NCBI GenBank assembly: GCA_963664405.1
Contig: OY761158.1
Coordinates: 6,560,001-6,624,000 of the forward strand
Direction of reading: 5' to 3'
Length of the DNA stretch: 64,000 bases
Source of the DNA: Thermoanaerobaculia bacterium
Lineage (GTDB): Bacteria; Acidobacteriota; Thermoanaerobaculia; Multivoradales; Multivoraceae
Position 1 is the stretch's first letter; each line of letters begins with the position of its first letter. Below the pieces are notes generated by a model. The model did not search any database, was not told where the DNA came from, and saw nothing but the letters and a program-made list of their open reading frames with translations. This document shows positions 1-9,687 of this stretch, piece after piece. The position numbers and the translations under genes were made by a program.

Positions 1-1
1 A

Positions 2-1144
2 GGCCTTTACCTTCACGTTCCTTTCTGCTCGAGTATCTGTCCCTACTGCGATTTTGCTGTCCTCCGTGACGGCAAGGCCGCTCGCTCGCGCTTCGTGGCC
101 AACCTGCTCCAGGAGGTGGACGCTTGGGGCGGGGGGGGAGGAGGCTTCGACACCCTCTATTTGGGTGGCGGCACTCCCTCTCTCCTCGAGCGTTCGCAAC
201 TGGAGACGATTTTGGAAGCGGTGCGGCGGAACCTAGGTATGGGGCCCGACGCCTTCGTCGTTCTCGAGGCGAATCCCGAGGATGTGACTCGAGAGAGTGC
301 TCAGAGCTGGCGGGCGCTTGGAGTGAACGGGGTCAGCTTGGGTGTCCAGTCGTTCCGCCCTGGTGCTCTGCGTTTCTTGGGTCGAAAGCACGATCCCCGG
401 CGTGCGCGAGAGGCTGTCATCGAGCTGCTCGATACGGGGTTCGAGTGGATTTCGATCGATCTCATCTACGGCCTTCCGGCGCGGCTCGAGTCCTCCGGCC
501 CTTCCTTCGAAGCCGATCTGGCGGAGGCGATTGCTCTCGAGCCCCATCATCTCTCTTGCTATCAGCTGACCGTACACAGCGGCACTCCCTTCGATCGTCT
601 ACGCAGTCGAGGTGGCCTCGTCGAGCTCGGGGCAGACGATCAAGCCGAGGCGCTGGTGCTGACACACGAGATCCTTGCAGAGGCCGGCTACCAAGCCTAT
701 GAGGTCTCCAGCTTTGCTCGAGAAACGGAGCATCGCTCCCGGCACAACCAGAAATATTGGGATCATACTCCTTACCTCGGTCTGGGCCCGAGTGCTCACT
801 CCTTCGACGGAGTGAGGCGATGGTGGAACGAGCGTTCGCTCGATGCTTGGGAGTCCAGACTTCTTGCCGGCCTCAGACCGATCGGCGGAAAAGAGACTCT
901 TTCAGCAGGTGATCTGGCGCTGGAGGCCGTGATGTTTGGTCTGCGGACCGCCGGCGGACTGGATCTCGATTCTCTCGCCGCCGACTTCGGTATCGACCTG
1001 CTGGCGCTCAACGAGGCGAGGGTAGAGCGATACTCGAGCGAAGGCCTTCTGGTGATCTCTGAAGGGTTGCTGCGCCCGACCCGGAGGGGAATGGCGGTGG
1101 CGGACGGGCTTGCCGCCTCCCTACGGCTGGAGCCCGGAGGATGA
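2..1144 (+). CDS. hemW: Radical SAM heme chaperone HemW (HemN-like), 5'-truncated by window edge
   Basis: Frame open from base 2: GLYLHVPFCSSICPYCDF (CxxxCxxC); LGGGTPS, LEANP, SLGVQSF, DLIYGLP, YEVSSF and the HNQKYW motif typical of HemW. Confidence 0.88.
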   Translation, partial: GLYLHVPFCSSICPYCDFAVLRDGKAARSRFVANLLQEVDAWGGGGGGFDTLYLGGGTPSLLERSQLETILEAVRRNLGMGPDAFVVLEANPEDVTRESAQSWRALGVNGVSLGVQSFRPGALRFLGRKHDPRRAREAVIELLDTGFEWISIDLIYGLPARLESSGPSFEADLAEAIALEPHHLSCYQLTVHSGTPFDRLRSRGGLVELGADDQAEALVLTHEILAEAGYQAYEVSSFARETEHRSRHNQKYWDHTPYLGLGPSAHSFDGVRRWWNERSLDAWESRLLAGLRPIGGKETLSAGDLALEAVMFGLRTAGGLDLDSLAADFGIDLLALNEARVERYSSEGLLVISEGLLRPTRRGMAVADGLAASLRLEPGG

Positions 1145-1213
1145 TGCCTGGAGAGGTGGCTGTTCAGGCGCCGGTAAACGAGACCGGACAGCTGGCCGGG
1201 AGCAGTGGAGCCG

Positions 1214-3430
1214 TCATTGGCAGAGCCACTCTCGCAGTCGCGTCCAGCGGGCCTGTTGGCCGCGTCCGCGTATTGCTATGCCGAGGGCTCTTCGCTCGCC
1301 AAGAAGCACAACGAGACGCTGGCCGCGGGTGAGGCCGGTGTAGAGCAAGTTCCTCTGCAACATCACATAATGCTGGGTCGTCAGGGGGATTACGACCGCC
1401 GGGTATTCGGAGCCCTGTGACTTGTGGATGGTGATCGCATAGGCGAGGCTGAGCTGGTCGAGCTCACCGAAGTCGTAGCTCACTCTGCGCCGGTCGAAGA
1501 GAATCTCCATCTCTTGTTCGTCGAGGTCGATCCGGACCACGGAGCCGAGGTCGCCGTTGAAGACTTCCTTGTCGTAGTCGTTCTCGGTCTGCATCACCTT
1601 GTCTCCCGGACGGAAGCTCCAACCGAAACGCTCGACCGAGGCGTCGCCCTTGCTGGGGTTGAGGGCCTCTTGAAGGCTGAGATTGAGGGCCTTCGCGCCA
1701 AGCGGCCCCCGATTCATTGGCGACAGTACTTGGATGTCGCGTATCGGATGGAGCCCGAAACGGCGCGGAATGCGGTCCCTCACCATCCGTACCAGCTTGT
1801 CGACCGCGTCTTCCGCCGAAGCCGCATCTACGAAGAAGAAGTCCTGCGCTGGGTCGCCTTCAGAGGCCTGGAGCAGAGGCATCTCGCCACGGTTGACCCG
1901 ATGGGCGTTGGTGATGATGTTGCTCTGTGCGGCCTGACGGAAGATCTCGACCAAGTGGGCAACGGGGAAGACGCCTGAGCTCATGACATCTTCCAGAACC
2001 TTGCCTGGTCCCACCGAGGGGAGCTGGTCCGCGTCACCTATGAGGAGGATCGCCGCGTGCGACGGCACTGCGCCCAGGAGAATGTCGAACAGAGTCACAT
2101 CGACCATGGAGGTCTCGTCGATGATGAGTAGATCGCATTCCAGCAGATTGTCGGGCCCCCGGCGGAACCCTCTGGGGCCTGCCTCGAGGAGTCGATGGAT
2201 GGTCTTGGCTTCCATTCCGGTGCTCTCCGCAAGGCGTTTTGCCGCTCGACCGGTCGGAGCACAGAGAGCCGCGGTGACCCCGCGTGCGAGTAGGATGCGC
2301 AGCAGCGCCCTCACCAGAGTCGTCTTGCCTACCCCGGGGCCGCCGGTGATGACGCCGACCTTCGCCGAGAGGATGGTGACGAGGGCATGACGTTGACTGG
2401 TGGGCAGGGAGATCCCGAGCTGCTCCTCGACCCAGGGCAGAGCACGGCCGGCGTCGATCGCCGTCCACGGAGGGCTGCCGCGACCCAGCTCCCGCAGCCG
2501 GATGGCGATGCTGTTCTCCGCCTGCCACAAAGAAGGTAGAAAGGTGCAGGGCTCGCCTCCGATGCTGTCTGCGACGAGATCGCCGTTGTCGAGCTCGGTG
2601 ACGAGGGCTTGCTCGAGGATGGTCGCCGGGATCTCGAGCAGCTCGGTCGCCGTTTCCAGTAGCCGCTCGCGTGGCAGACCGCAGTGTCCCTGGCCCGTGG
2701 CTTCGGACAGAACCCACGAAAGGCCTGCCCGGGCACGTTGTGGAGAATCCTTGGCGATGCCCAACTTTGCGGCGATCTGGTCCGCCACCTTGAAGCCGAT
2801 GCCGCGGATATCACGGGCGAGTCGATAGGGGTCCTCGCTGACCAGAGGGACCGCGTCAGCACCGTAGGTCTTGAAGATTCGGACAGCGCGTGAAGTGCCG
2901 ATGCCGTGAGATTGGAGGAAAACCATGATCTCGCGGATCGATCGCTGCTCGGCCCAGCTCGAAGTGATGCGCTTGGCCCTCTTTGGCCCAATACCTTCGA
3001 CCTCGCGCAGGCGCTTTGGCTGGTCCTCGATGACCTCGAAGACCTCTTCCCCGAAAGCGGCCACGAGTCGCTCCGCGTAGGTCGGACCAATGCCCTTGAT
3101 CAAGCCGGAACCGAGGTATCGCTCCATGCCCTCGAGCGAGCTCGGGGGGGTGATCTGGAGATAGCGTGCTCGAAACTGAACGCCGTGGTCGCGACTGTTT
3201 TCCCAGTTTCCGCTCGCTTGCACGAACTCACCGGCGGTGACTGCCGGAGTGAGGCCGATGAGCGTGGTGAGGCCGGGCCTCCCCTTCACTCGGAGGCGCA
3301 GTACGGCAAAACCGGTATCCGGGTTGTGAAAGCTGACCCTTTCGACAAGTCCCGAGAGCGGGACGCGGCTGTCGGTCTGCGCGGGGGAGGTATCGGTGTT
3401 CCTACGCAAGGTGTTGCCGGCTCGATTCAA
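1214..3430 (-). CDS. recD2: ATP-dependent RecD-like DNA helicase (RecD2), SF1B
   Basis: N-terminal OB/HhH region (YLGSGLIKGIGP, GIGFKVAD), Walker A GGPGVGKT, APTGRAAKRL, IIDETSMVD, GDADQLPSVG, AYAITIHKSQGSEY, LLYTGLTR; exact start uncertain. Confidence 0.93.
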   Translation of the reverse strand: MNRAGNTLRRNTDTSPAQTDSRVPLSGLVERVSFHNPDTGFAVLRLRVKGRPGLTTLIGLTPAVTAGEFVQASGNWENSRDHGVQFRARYLQITPPSSLEGMERYLGSGLIKGIGPTYAERLVAAFGEEVFEVIEDQPKRLREVEGIGPKRAKRITSSWAEQRSIREIMVFLQSHGIGTSRAVRIFKTYGADAVPLVSEDPYRLARDIRGIGFKVADQIAAKLGIAKDSPQRARAGLSWVLSEATGQGHCGLPRERLLETATELLEIPATILEQALVTELDNGDLVADSIGGEPCTFLPSLWQAENSIAIRLRELGRGSPPWTAIDAGRALPWVEEQLGISLPTSQRHALVTILSAKVGVITGGPGVGKTTLVRALLRILLARGVTAALCAPTGRAAKRLAESTGMEAKTIHRLLEAGPRGFRRGPDNLLECDLLIIDETSMVDVTLFDILLGAVPSHAAILLIGDADQLPSVGPGKVLEDVMSSGVFPVAHLVEIFRQAAQSNIITNAHRVNRGEMPLLQASEGDPAQDFFFVDAASAEDAVDKLVRMVRDRIPRRFGLHPIRDIQVLSPMNRGPLGAKALNLSLQEALNPSKGDASVERFGWSFRPGDKVMQTENDYDKEVFNGDLGSVVRIDLDEQEMEILFDRRRVSYDFGELDQLSLAYAITIHKSQGSEYPAVVIPLTTQHYVMLQRNLLYTGLTRGQRLVVLLGERRALGIAIRGRGQQARWTRLREWLCQ

Positions 3431-3481
3431 TCACGAAAGCAGCTGCGTCCGACGGTGTAGCTGTTTCAAAGCGATCTTTGG

Positions 3482-3490
3482 TGCTACAAT
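3482..3490 (+). promoter_or_regulatory. Possible extended -10 promoter (TGcTACAAT) for the coiled-coil gene
   Basis: TGnTACAAT in an AT-richer divergent intergenic region about 80 bp upstream of ATG 3570. Confidence 0.3.
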
Positions 3491-3569
3491 ACGTAATTCG
3501 ACATATTTCGAATCGACGATTCAGTTCAGTATCCCAACTGCGTCTCGTCATCAGCCTGCGGAGAACAAG

Positions 3570-5753
3570 ATGAGCGGAAAGCACACGAACCGGCAATTCG
3601 ACCAGGTAGTTCTCGTTTCCGTCCCCAAAAAGTTGGAGCAGAAGATCGCTCCAGCGCTCGAGGCGAGCCTGGGTGAGATCGATCTGCTGCACCTCGAAAG
3701 CGCAGAACTTTCGAACGGTCTTCCGGACCTTAGCCGTTCGCTCGTGGTGGTGCCGCATGGACTGGACAACACCGACGGAGTGGCGATCATCGAGGGACTG
3801 CGGCAGCGAGAGGTGAGGTCGCCGGTCCTTCTGCTTGCCGCCGACCCGAATGGATTGGCTGCTGAGACCGTCGCGGGCCTAGGATCCGTGACCGCGTTTC
3901 CCGCCGCGGGTTTCAAGAAGGAGGCTCTCGAGAACTGCCTGCTTGCGTTCGAAGGTCCAGCGGAAGTCGTCTCGAATGACTCCGATGGTGAAGCCGAAGT
4001 CGCGGCTAAAGCCGAAGGGGCCAAGGCCAAAGGTGTAGCTGAAGTGGAATCTGAAGCTGCGACGGAGGGCAAGAAGAAACAGGGCTCCGAGCCGACGATG
4101 GATTTGGAGCTCAAGGGCCTCCAAGAGGTCGACGATGAAGAGGAGATGTATCTCAAGGAGATCGAGACCCTTCGCGTCCGACGCAAGAAGGAGATGAAGA
4201 CTCTCGAGCGCGATCTCCAGGGGCTGCAGCGGAAGCTGAAGGGTGTAGAGAAGCGCCTTGCCAGCTCGCAGGAAGCACTGGGCGTCGAGAAGCGCCAGCG
4301 TTGGGAAGTCGTACTGGATCTCCGCGAGAGCCAGGAGCGCGTGACGGAGGTGGAGGAGCGTCTCAAGAGTGCGCGGGATGCAGAGAGCGAAAACCAGAAG
4401 GAGCTCGATGCGCTTCAGCTCGAGCAGAAGAAGCGTGAGAACGAAGTCGCCTCCATAACCAAGCAGAGGGCTGCCGTCGAGAAGAAACTCGAGCAGGCGC
4501 TGAGTAGGTTCGAGCGCGATAAGGAAAAGGCAAGTGGCCAGGTCGAAGCGTTGACCGCGGAGCTTGCGGCGGCAAGGTCGACGGAGGAAAGCTCCAAGGC
4601 CGCGGCGGCCGAAGGACTTACCAAGGTCAAAGAAGAACTGGAGGTCGCCCGCCGCGAGCTCGACGACCAGTGTGAAGACCTTGTTGGGCTCCGAGATGCC
4701 AAGGATCTACACGAAGAGGAGCTGGCGGATCTCGAGAAGAGCCTTCGTGAGGCGAAGAATGAGACCACCAAGAACGCCGCGACGTTCGAGAAGGAGGCCC
4801 AGGAGCTTCGAGTACGCCTCGAGGCGGCGGCGCAGAAGAGCGAGGGGCGTCTCGCCGAGCTGGATGCAACCCTGAGCGACACTCAGAAGGAGCTGGCGGC
4901 CCGCATCGACGAGGTCGAGCTATTCGTCGAGGAGCGAGAGAAGGTCGCGGACCAGCTCAAGTCGGTGCAGAAGGAGAGTGACGATTCACAGGCCTGGGCT
5001 GCCGAGCTCGAGACCGAGACCGAGCGGCTGCGCTCCGAGGTCGAGGCCTCGAGCCAAGAAGGTGCGAGTCGGATCGCCGAGGTCCGAGACGAGCTCGAAA
5101 GCGCGGGCGCTGCTAAGTTGGCGGCTGCTGAGAAAGATCTCCTTGCGGCGAGGGGCCAGCTCGAAGGTGCTTTGGAGGAGAGGTCGCGGGCCGACAAGCT
5201 CCAGAAGCAGGTCGATTCACTGTTAGCCGAGCTTGCTGATCACGAAGAGGAGGCGGCTCGTGTGAAGGGAGGCCGGGACGCGGCGGAGGTCGAGCTCGAG
5301 GAACTGAGATCGAGTGTTGCCACCGCTAGGGAAGAGGTGCTTGCTCACGTCGCCGAGCTCAAGGAGCAGCGAGCTGAATCCAAGCGTGCGGCGCGCGAGG
5401 CACAAGAGAAGTCCGAGACGCTGACGCGTCAGGTGAGCTCGATGAAGGCCAAGGTGGTCGATCTCGAGGTTGCTCGCGAGGAGGACTCGGAGCGAGTGCG
5501 GGACCTGGCCCCAGCTGCCGGCGCTGCGGCTCCGATCAACGGGTCAGACGAGATTGGCGCTGAGAGGGATCGGCTCAAGACCGAGCTCGACGCACTGCGG
5601 ATCGACGCCGAGAACACACGGCGGGCCCTTGCTGACTCGGACGCGCGTCTGCGCAAGCTTCAGCAAGAGACGCCGAGCGCCGCGGTCGACGCCAAGTCCG
5701 GCGACGCCGCTATTCAGCAATTGAGAGCCGAACTGGGCTCGCTGGGGGACTAG
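3570..5753 (+). CDS. Pseudo-receiver domain plus long coiled-coil protein
   Basis: Likely ATG at 3570; first ~120 aa have a receiver-like beta/alpha pattern (VVLV...LVVV...DGVAIIEGLR...PVLLL) without the canonical Asp/Lys; an acidic linker is followed by several hundred aa of E/K/R/A/L heptad-like sequence. Confidence 0.7.
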   Translation: MSGKHTNRQFDQVVLVSVPKKLEQKIAPALEASLGEIDLLHLESAELSNGLPDLSRSLVVVPHGLDNTDGVAIIEGLRQREVRSPVLLLAADPNGLAAETVAGLGSVTAFPAAGFKKEALENCLLAFEGPAEVVSNDSDGEAEVAAKAEGAKAKGVAEVESEAATEGKKKQGSEPTMDLELKGLQEVDDEEEMYLKEIETLRVRRKKEMKTLERDLQGLQRKLKGVEKRLASSQEALGVEKRQRWEVVLDLRESQERVTEVEERLKSARDAESENQKELDALQLEQKKRENEVASITKQRAAVEKKLEQALSRFERDKEKASGQVEALTAELAAARSTEESSKAAAAEGLTKVKEELEVARRELDDQCEDLVGLRDAKDLHEEELADLEKSLREAKNETTKNAATFEKEAQELRVRLEAAAQKSEGRLAELDATLSDTQKELAARIDEVELFVEEREKVADQLKSVQKESDDSQAWAAELETETERLRSEVEASSQEGASRIAEVRDELESAGAAKLAAAEKDLLAARGQLEGALEERSRADKLQKQVDSLLAELADHEEEAARVKGGRDAAEVELEELRSSVATAREEVLAHVAELKEQRAESKRAAREAQEKSETLTRQVSSMKAKVVDLEVAREEDSERVRDLAPAAGAAAPINGSDEIGAERDRLKTELDALRIDAENTRRALADSDARLRKLQQETPSAAVDAKSGDAAIQQLRAELGSLGD

Positions 5754-5754
5754 G

Positions 5755-5921
5755 CTAGACCAGCGTTTCCAAAGTCGCGCTACAATAGCTCGCGGTCATT
5801 CTGTTCGCTGGCAAGGCGCGCCGACGTAGGCATATTGGGGAATATGTCGAGGAGGCGCAACGCCGCCAGCGGGGCAGAACGGGTCGAGATATGTAGCGCT
5901 ACTTTGGAAACGCTGGTCTAG
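5755..5921 (-). repeat. Palindromic MITE/ERIC-like element, arm type A, copy 1 (167 bp, reverse orientation)
   Basis: Perfect 21-bp terminal inverted repeat CTAGACCAGCGTTTCCAAAGT...ACTTTGGAAACGCTGGTCTAG; central CATATT-N4-AATATG; closely similar to 38588-38831 and 53743-53908. Confidence 0.92.
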
Positions 5922-6568
5922 TCCTCGAGGAAGTTCAGAAACTCTTCTTGGAGGAGGCGGTGAAAGGCCTCCAGGCGCCGTGGCTGCGGTGGACCCTTCT
6001 GCGCCTCGACAATGAGCACATGAGGTAGGTCCGGGCGGTCCTCGTAAGTGTCGTGCTGCTCCACGCCCTGAAACACCGGGTGGGAGCTCTCTCCGTAGCG
6101 GCACCAACTGAGGTCCACGAAGCCGCAGGCTTCGAGTGCCTCGTCAAGTAGGGGCCGGTTCCAAAGGAAGCGGTGTCGCCAGCCATGGAAGGCGCGGTTG
6201 AGTCGGATGCCGTCGAGCCGCTTCGAAGTCGGATCCTTGGGGTGGCTCGAGTAGTGGGTCTCCCACACCCAATCGAGGTTGGGTGTCGAGAGACGGAGGA
6301 GTCCGCCTGAAGCGAGGTTATTGCGCACGTCGCACAGCAAGGAGACTGCGTCGGCGAGATCGAGGTGCTCGAGGAAGTGCTCAGCAAAGACAGCCTCGAC
6401 GCCGGTGAAGTGGAGACCTCTTGTCACGTCGACGACGTGGTCGACGCCGGGTAGGTCCTGGCTGTCGAGATTGAGCCATCCTGGAAAGTGCTCCCGACCG
6501 CAGCCGATGTGGAGCCGCGGAGGGTCGGGTACTCCCCAAGCGCTTGCTGTCTCTGCGCCGTGGCTCAT
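5918..6568 (-). CDS. Class I SAM-dependent methyltransferase-like protein
   Basis: RLHIGCG...GWLNLD, AEHFLEHL, GGLLRLSTPN motifs; likely ATG at 6568; the TAG stop lies in the repeat's terminal CTAG. Confidence 0.8.
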   Translation of the reverse strand: MSHGAETASAWGVPDPPRLHIGCGREHFPGWLNLDSQDLPGVDHVVDVTRGLHFTGVEAVFAEHFLEHLDLADAVSLLCDVRNNLASGGLLRLSTPNLDWVWETHYSSHPKDPTSKRLDGIRLNRAFHGWRHRFLWNRPLLDEALEACGFVDLSWCRYGESSHPVFQGVEQHDTYEDRPDLPHVLIVEAQKGPPQPRRLEAFHRLLQEEFLNFLED

Positions 6569-6660
6569 GGGGACACATTGTCTCTCATTGTGGGAGTGAG
6601 AGGGGCTCGCCGAGGGAGAAAGTTGACAAGGCGGATAAAGCCAGAGAAGATGGTTATCGC

Positions 6661-6681
6661 TATTGAGACTCTTTCTCAATA
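6661..6681. promoter_or_regulatory. Putative Fur-like iron-responsive operator
   Basis: Inverted repeat TATTGAGA-ctctt-TCTCAATA just upstream of a TonB receptor ATG; TTGACA at 6623-6628. Confidence 0.55.
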
Positions 6682-6699
6682 AGCCCGCGTGAAGCTCCC

Positions 6700-8946
6700 A
6701 TGACTGCTACAGCCCTCTTCATTCTGGCCTCCATTCGAATTCTCGCAGCTGCAGCCACGGGAAGCGAACCGGGAGTCTCGAGCACGGCCGAGGCGGCAGC
6801 GTCGGAGGCTGCCGTTGTGGACTCGCGAGCTGCCGAATTCAGGCTCGCCGAGCTGGTGACGGTCGTAGGTACACCCGAAAAGATGTCCCACATTCCCGGC
6901 ACGGCTCATGTCATTTCCTTGGAAGAGCTGAGAGAGCAGCGCAATGACGATGTGCACCGCGTGCTGCAGAGTATTCCCGGCGTCAACCTCCAAGAGGAGG
7001 ACGGGTATGGCTTCCGGCCCAATATCGGCATGCGAGGCACCGGAGTCGAGCGCAGTCAGAAGATAACCTTGATGGAGGACGGTGTCCTGATCGCACCCGC
7101 TCCGTACTCCGCACCGGCTGCCTACTACTTTCCCACTGTGAGTCGGATGGAGGGAGTCGAGGTCCGCAAGGGGTCGGCGGCGATCAAGCAGGGGCCCTAC
7201 ACCAACGGCGGCGCCATTAATCTCATTTCGGCCGCGATTCCCTCTTCTCTGGCCGCCAGTCTCGATGTCGCTCTTGGTGAAGACAGCACCGGTCGGGCGC
7301 AGGGCCAGGTAGGAGGTGCCACAGAGAGGTTCGGTTGGTTGTTTCAGACCTACCAGTTCGACACCGACGGGTTCAAGCGGCTCGACGGCGGCGGTGAAAC
7401 GGGTACCAAGATCGAAGACTATCTCGGCAAATTGCGTTTCAGCACCTCGGCGCGAGCCAAGGTCGCACAGAGTCTTGAGCTGAAATTGGGCAGGACCAAG
7501 CAAGACGGATTCGAGACCTATCTCGGCCTGACCGAGGAAGATTTCAGGCAAGATCCGTTTCGGCGCTACCGCGGGTCTTCGGAGGATCACTTCACAAGCG
7601 ACCACGAGCAGGTCCAAGTGCAGCACTTCGCGATGCTGAGCTCTCGCCTCGATCTGGTTTCGACCCTCTATCAGAACGACTTCTTTCGTGATTGGTTCAA
7701 GAATGAGAGCGTTCGCGGAGTTTCGAATGCTGAGGTGCTTTCGCGGCCCGCGGAGTTTCCGCTCGAGCTAGGCATCCTGCGCGGCGAGATCGACAGCGAT
7801 GGCGGTGATTTGCGGCTGCGCCATAACCGAAGAAGCTACGAGTCGCGGGGCATCAGCTCCGCACTTGGCCTGAGGATGAATTCCTTTGGCGCCGATCACC
7901 ATCTCGAGGTCGGGGTTCGCTATCACGAGGACGTTGAAGACCGATTTCAAGAAGAGGACCTCTTTAGCATGTTCGGAGGCTCGCTCGAGCTCGATGCTCT
8001 GGGCTTGCCCGGGAGCCAGAGTAATCGACTTGCGGGAGCGAACGCCTTCGCAGCCTTTGCCCAGGACCGCCTCTCCTGGAAACGGCTGAGCCTATTGCCC
8101 GGACTTCGCTACGAGTCGATTCGTTATCGCCGGCGGGACTTCTCCAAGTTGGACCCAACCCGCTCCGCGGGTGTTGTCGGGTATCGCGACAACCAGGTCG
8201 ACGTCTTCATCCCGGGCATTGGCCTAGCTGTCGACCTCGAGGGTGGGCATAGCGTTTTTGTTGGGGCCCACAGAGGCTTCTCGCCTCCGGGTGCGAGCTC
8301 TACCAAAGAGGTCGAGGAGGAGGAGAGCACCAATGTGGAGCTCGGTTACCGCTTTGGGCACAGCCGACTGCGTGCCGAGCTCACCGGTTTCTATAGTGAT
8401 TACTCGAATCTGCTGGGAACAGAGACCGTCGTTGGGGGCGGGGCCTCGACCGGCGAGATCTTCAACGGTGGTGCGGTGGAGGTGCAAGGGATCGAGGCCG
8501 CGTTTGACCGCCGCTTCCAGCTCGGTGGCGTCCAGCTTCCGCTTCGCCTCTCCTATACCTGGACCGTGGCGGAGTTTCAATCCAGCTTTTTCACCAGCTT
8601 TGCCGACTGGGGGCCGCACGTTGAGGCTGGAGATCGTGTGCCCTATATCCCCGAGAATCAGCTGCAGCTCTCACTCGGGGCCATCTCTCGTCTTTGGTCG
8701 GGCCACCTGACTACCAGTTACGCGGATGCGATGCGGACAAAGGCAGGGCGCGGTCTACTCGAGGGACAGGGGACGGACTCTAGGGTCGTTTTGGACCTGT
8801 TGGTGGAGCGGAAGCTTGCCAGGTTCAGCGTGTACGGGCAGCTGCGCAACCTGAGCGACGAAGTGTACATTGCCGCGCGGCGCCCCTATGGTGTTCGCCC
8901 GGGTCTTCCTCGCACTTTCCTCGCCGGCGTCTCCGTCGATTTCTGA
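6700..8946 (+). CDS. TonB-dependent receptor, FecA-like iron-complex family
   Basis: Signal peptide; plug motifs (IPGVNLQEEDGYGFRPNIGMRG, MEGVEVRKG...YTNGGAINLIS); beta-barrel ending in Phe (GVSVDF). Confidence 0.9.
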   Translation: MTATALFILASIRILAAAATGSEPGVSSTAEAAASEAAVVDSRAAEFRLAELVTVVGTPEKMSHIPGTAHVISLEELREQRNDDVHRVLQSIPGVNLQEEDGYGFRPNIGMRGTGVERSQKITLMEDGVLIAPAPYSAPAAYYFPTVSRMEGVEVRKGSAAIKQGPYTNGGAINLISAAIPSSLAASLDVALGEDSTGRAQGQVGGATERFGWLFQTYQFDTDGFKRLDGGGETGTKIEDYLGKLRFSTSARAKVAQSLELKLGRTKQDGFETYLGLTEEDFRQDPFRRYRGSSEDHFTSDHEQVQVQHFAMLSSRLDLVSTLYQNDFFRDWFKNESVRGVSNAEVLSRPAEFPLELGILRGEIDSDGGDLRLRHNRRSYESRGISSALGLRMNSFGADHHLEVGVRYHEDVEDRFQEEDLFSMFGGSLELDALGLPGSQSNRLAGANAFAAFAQDRLSWKRLSLLPGLRYESIRYRRRDFSKLDPTRSAGVVGYRDNQVDVFIPGIGLAVDLEGGHSVFVGAHRGFSPPGASSTKEVEEEESTNVELGYRFGHSRLRAELTGFYSDYSNLLGTETVVGGGASTGEIFNGGAVEVQGIEAAFDRRFQLGGVQLPLRLSYTWTVAEFQSSFFTSFADWGPHVEAGDRVPYIPENQLQLSLGAISRLWSGHLTTSYADAMRTKAGRGLLEGQGTDSRVVLDLLVERKLARFSVYGQLRNLSDEVYIAARRPYGVRPGLPRTFLAGVSVDF

Positions 8947-8955
8947 TCGGCAGGC

Positions 8956-9678
8956 CTACCCGCGGACACCCATCAGCATCCGCCAGTCGTCAAGCGAGCC
9001 CATTCGCATATAGGTGTTGCGGCGTAGCTCATGACCGATGGTCGAGGTGGGGGAGGGGCCGTAGTCGTGGCCCGGGAAGAGGACCGTGTCCTCAGGGAGC
9101 TTGGCGAGCTTGCCGGTCAGAGAGTGGTACATGGCATCGGGGTCGGATCCGGGCAGGTCGACCCGCCCGCATCCTTCCACGAAGAGGGTGTCGCCGGCGA
9201 CCAGGGCTCCCTCGATCAAGAAGCATTGGCTGCCGGGCGTATGCCCCGGCGTGTGGATGAACTGAATCTCCCGATCGCCGAGCTTCAGCTTGTCCCCGTC
9301 GTCCACCTTTCGAAGGTCGGTCTCTGAGACGCCGGTGACCTTGATCACGCCGGCCGCCTCGTGCTTGTTGACGTGGAGAGGAACCTGCTTGCGCTCGAGC
9401 AGCCTGGCGAGGCCCTCGACGCGCATTCCGAACATCTCGCCGCCGATGTGATCGGGGTGGTAGTGGGTGACCAAGGCTCCCACCACTTCGAAATCGTCTT
9501 CTTCGGCAATGTCGAGGAGCCCGTCGACGTCCCACGCCGGGTCTACGACGAGCGCCTTTCTGGTACTGGGGTCGCCCATGAGATACATGAAGTTGCGCAT
9601 CTGCCCCGCGGCTGGATGGTTGGTCGCAACCTGCTGGCCGGCGAGAAGCTGGCGGAAGTAGAGCTCTGGTGCTGACAT
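8956..9678 (-). CDS. MBL-fold metallo-hydrolase (glyoxalase II-like)
   Basis: THYHPDH, HTPGHTPGS, GDTLFVEGCGR, PGHDY motifs. Confidence 0.88.
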   Translation of the reverse strand: MSAPELYFRQLLAGQQVATNHPAAGQMRNFMYLMGDPSTRKALVVDPAWDVDGLLDIAEEDDFEVVGALVTHYHPDHIGGEMFGMRVEGLARLLERKQVPLHVNKHEAAGVIKVTGVSETDLRKVDDGDKLKLGDREIQFIHTPGHTPGSQCFLIEGALVAGDTLFVEGCGRVDLPGSDPDAMYHSLTGKLAKLPEDTVLFPGHDYGPSPTSTIGHELRRNTYMRMGSLDDWRMLMGVRG

Positions 9679-9687
9679 TGCGGGTTC

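Noticed and set aside
2-1144. True coproporphyrinogen III dehydrogenase HemN
   Set aside because: The HNxxYW motif and CPYCDF context fit HemW better
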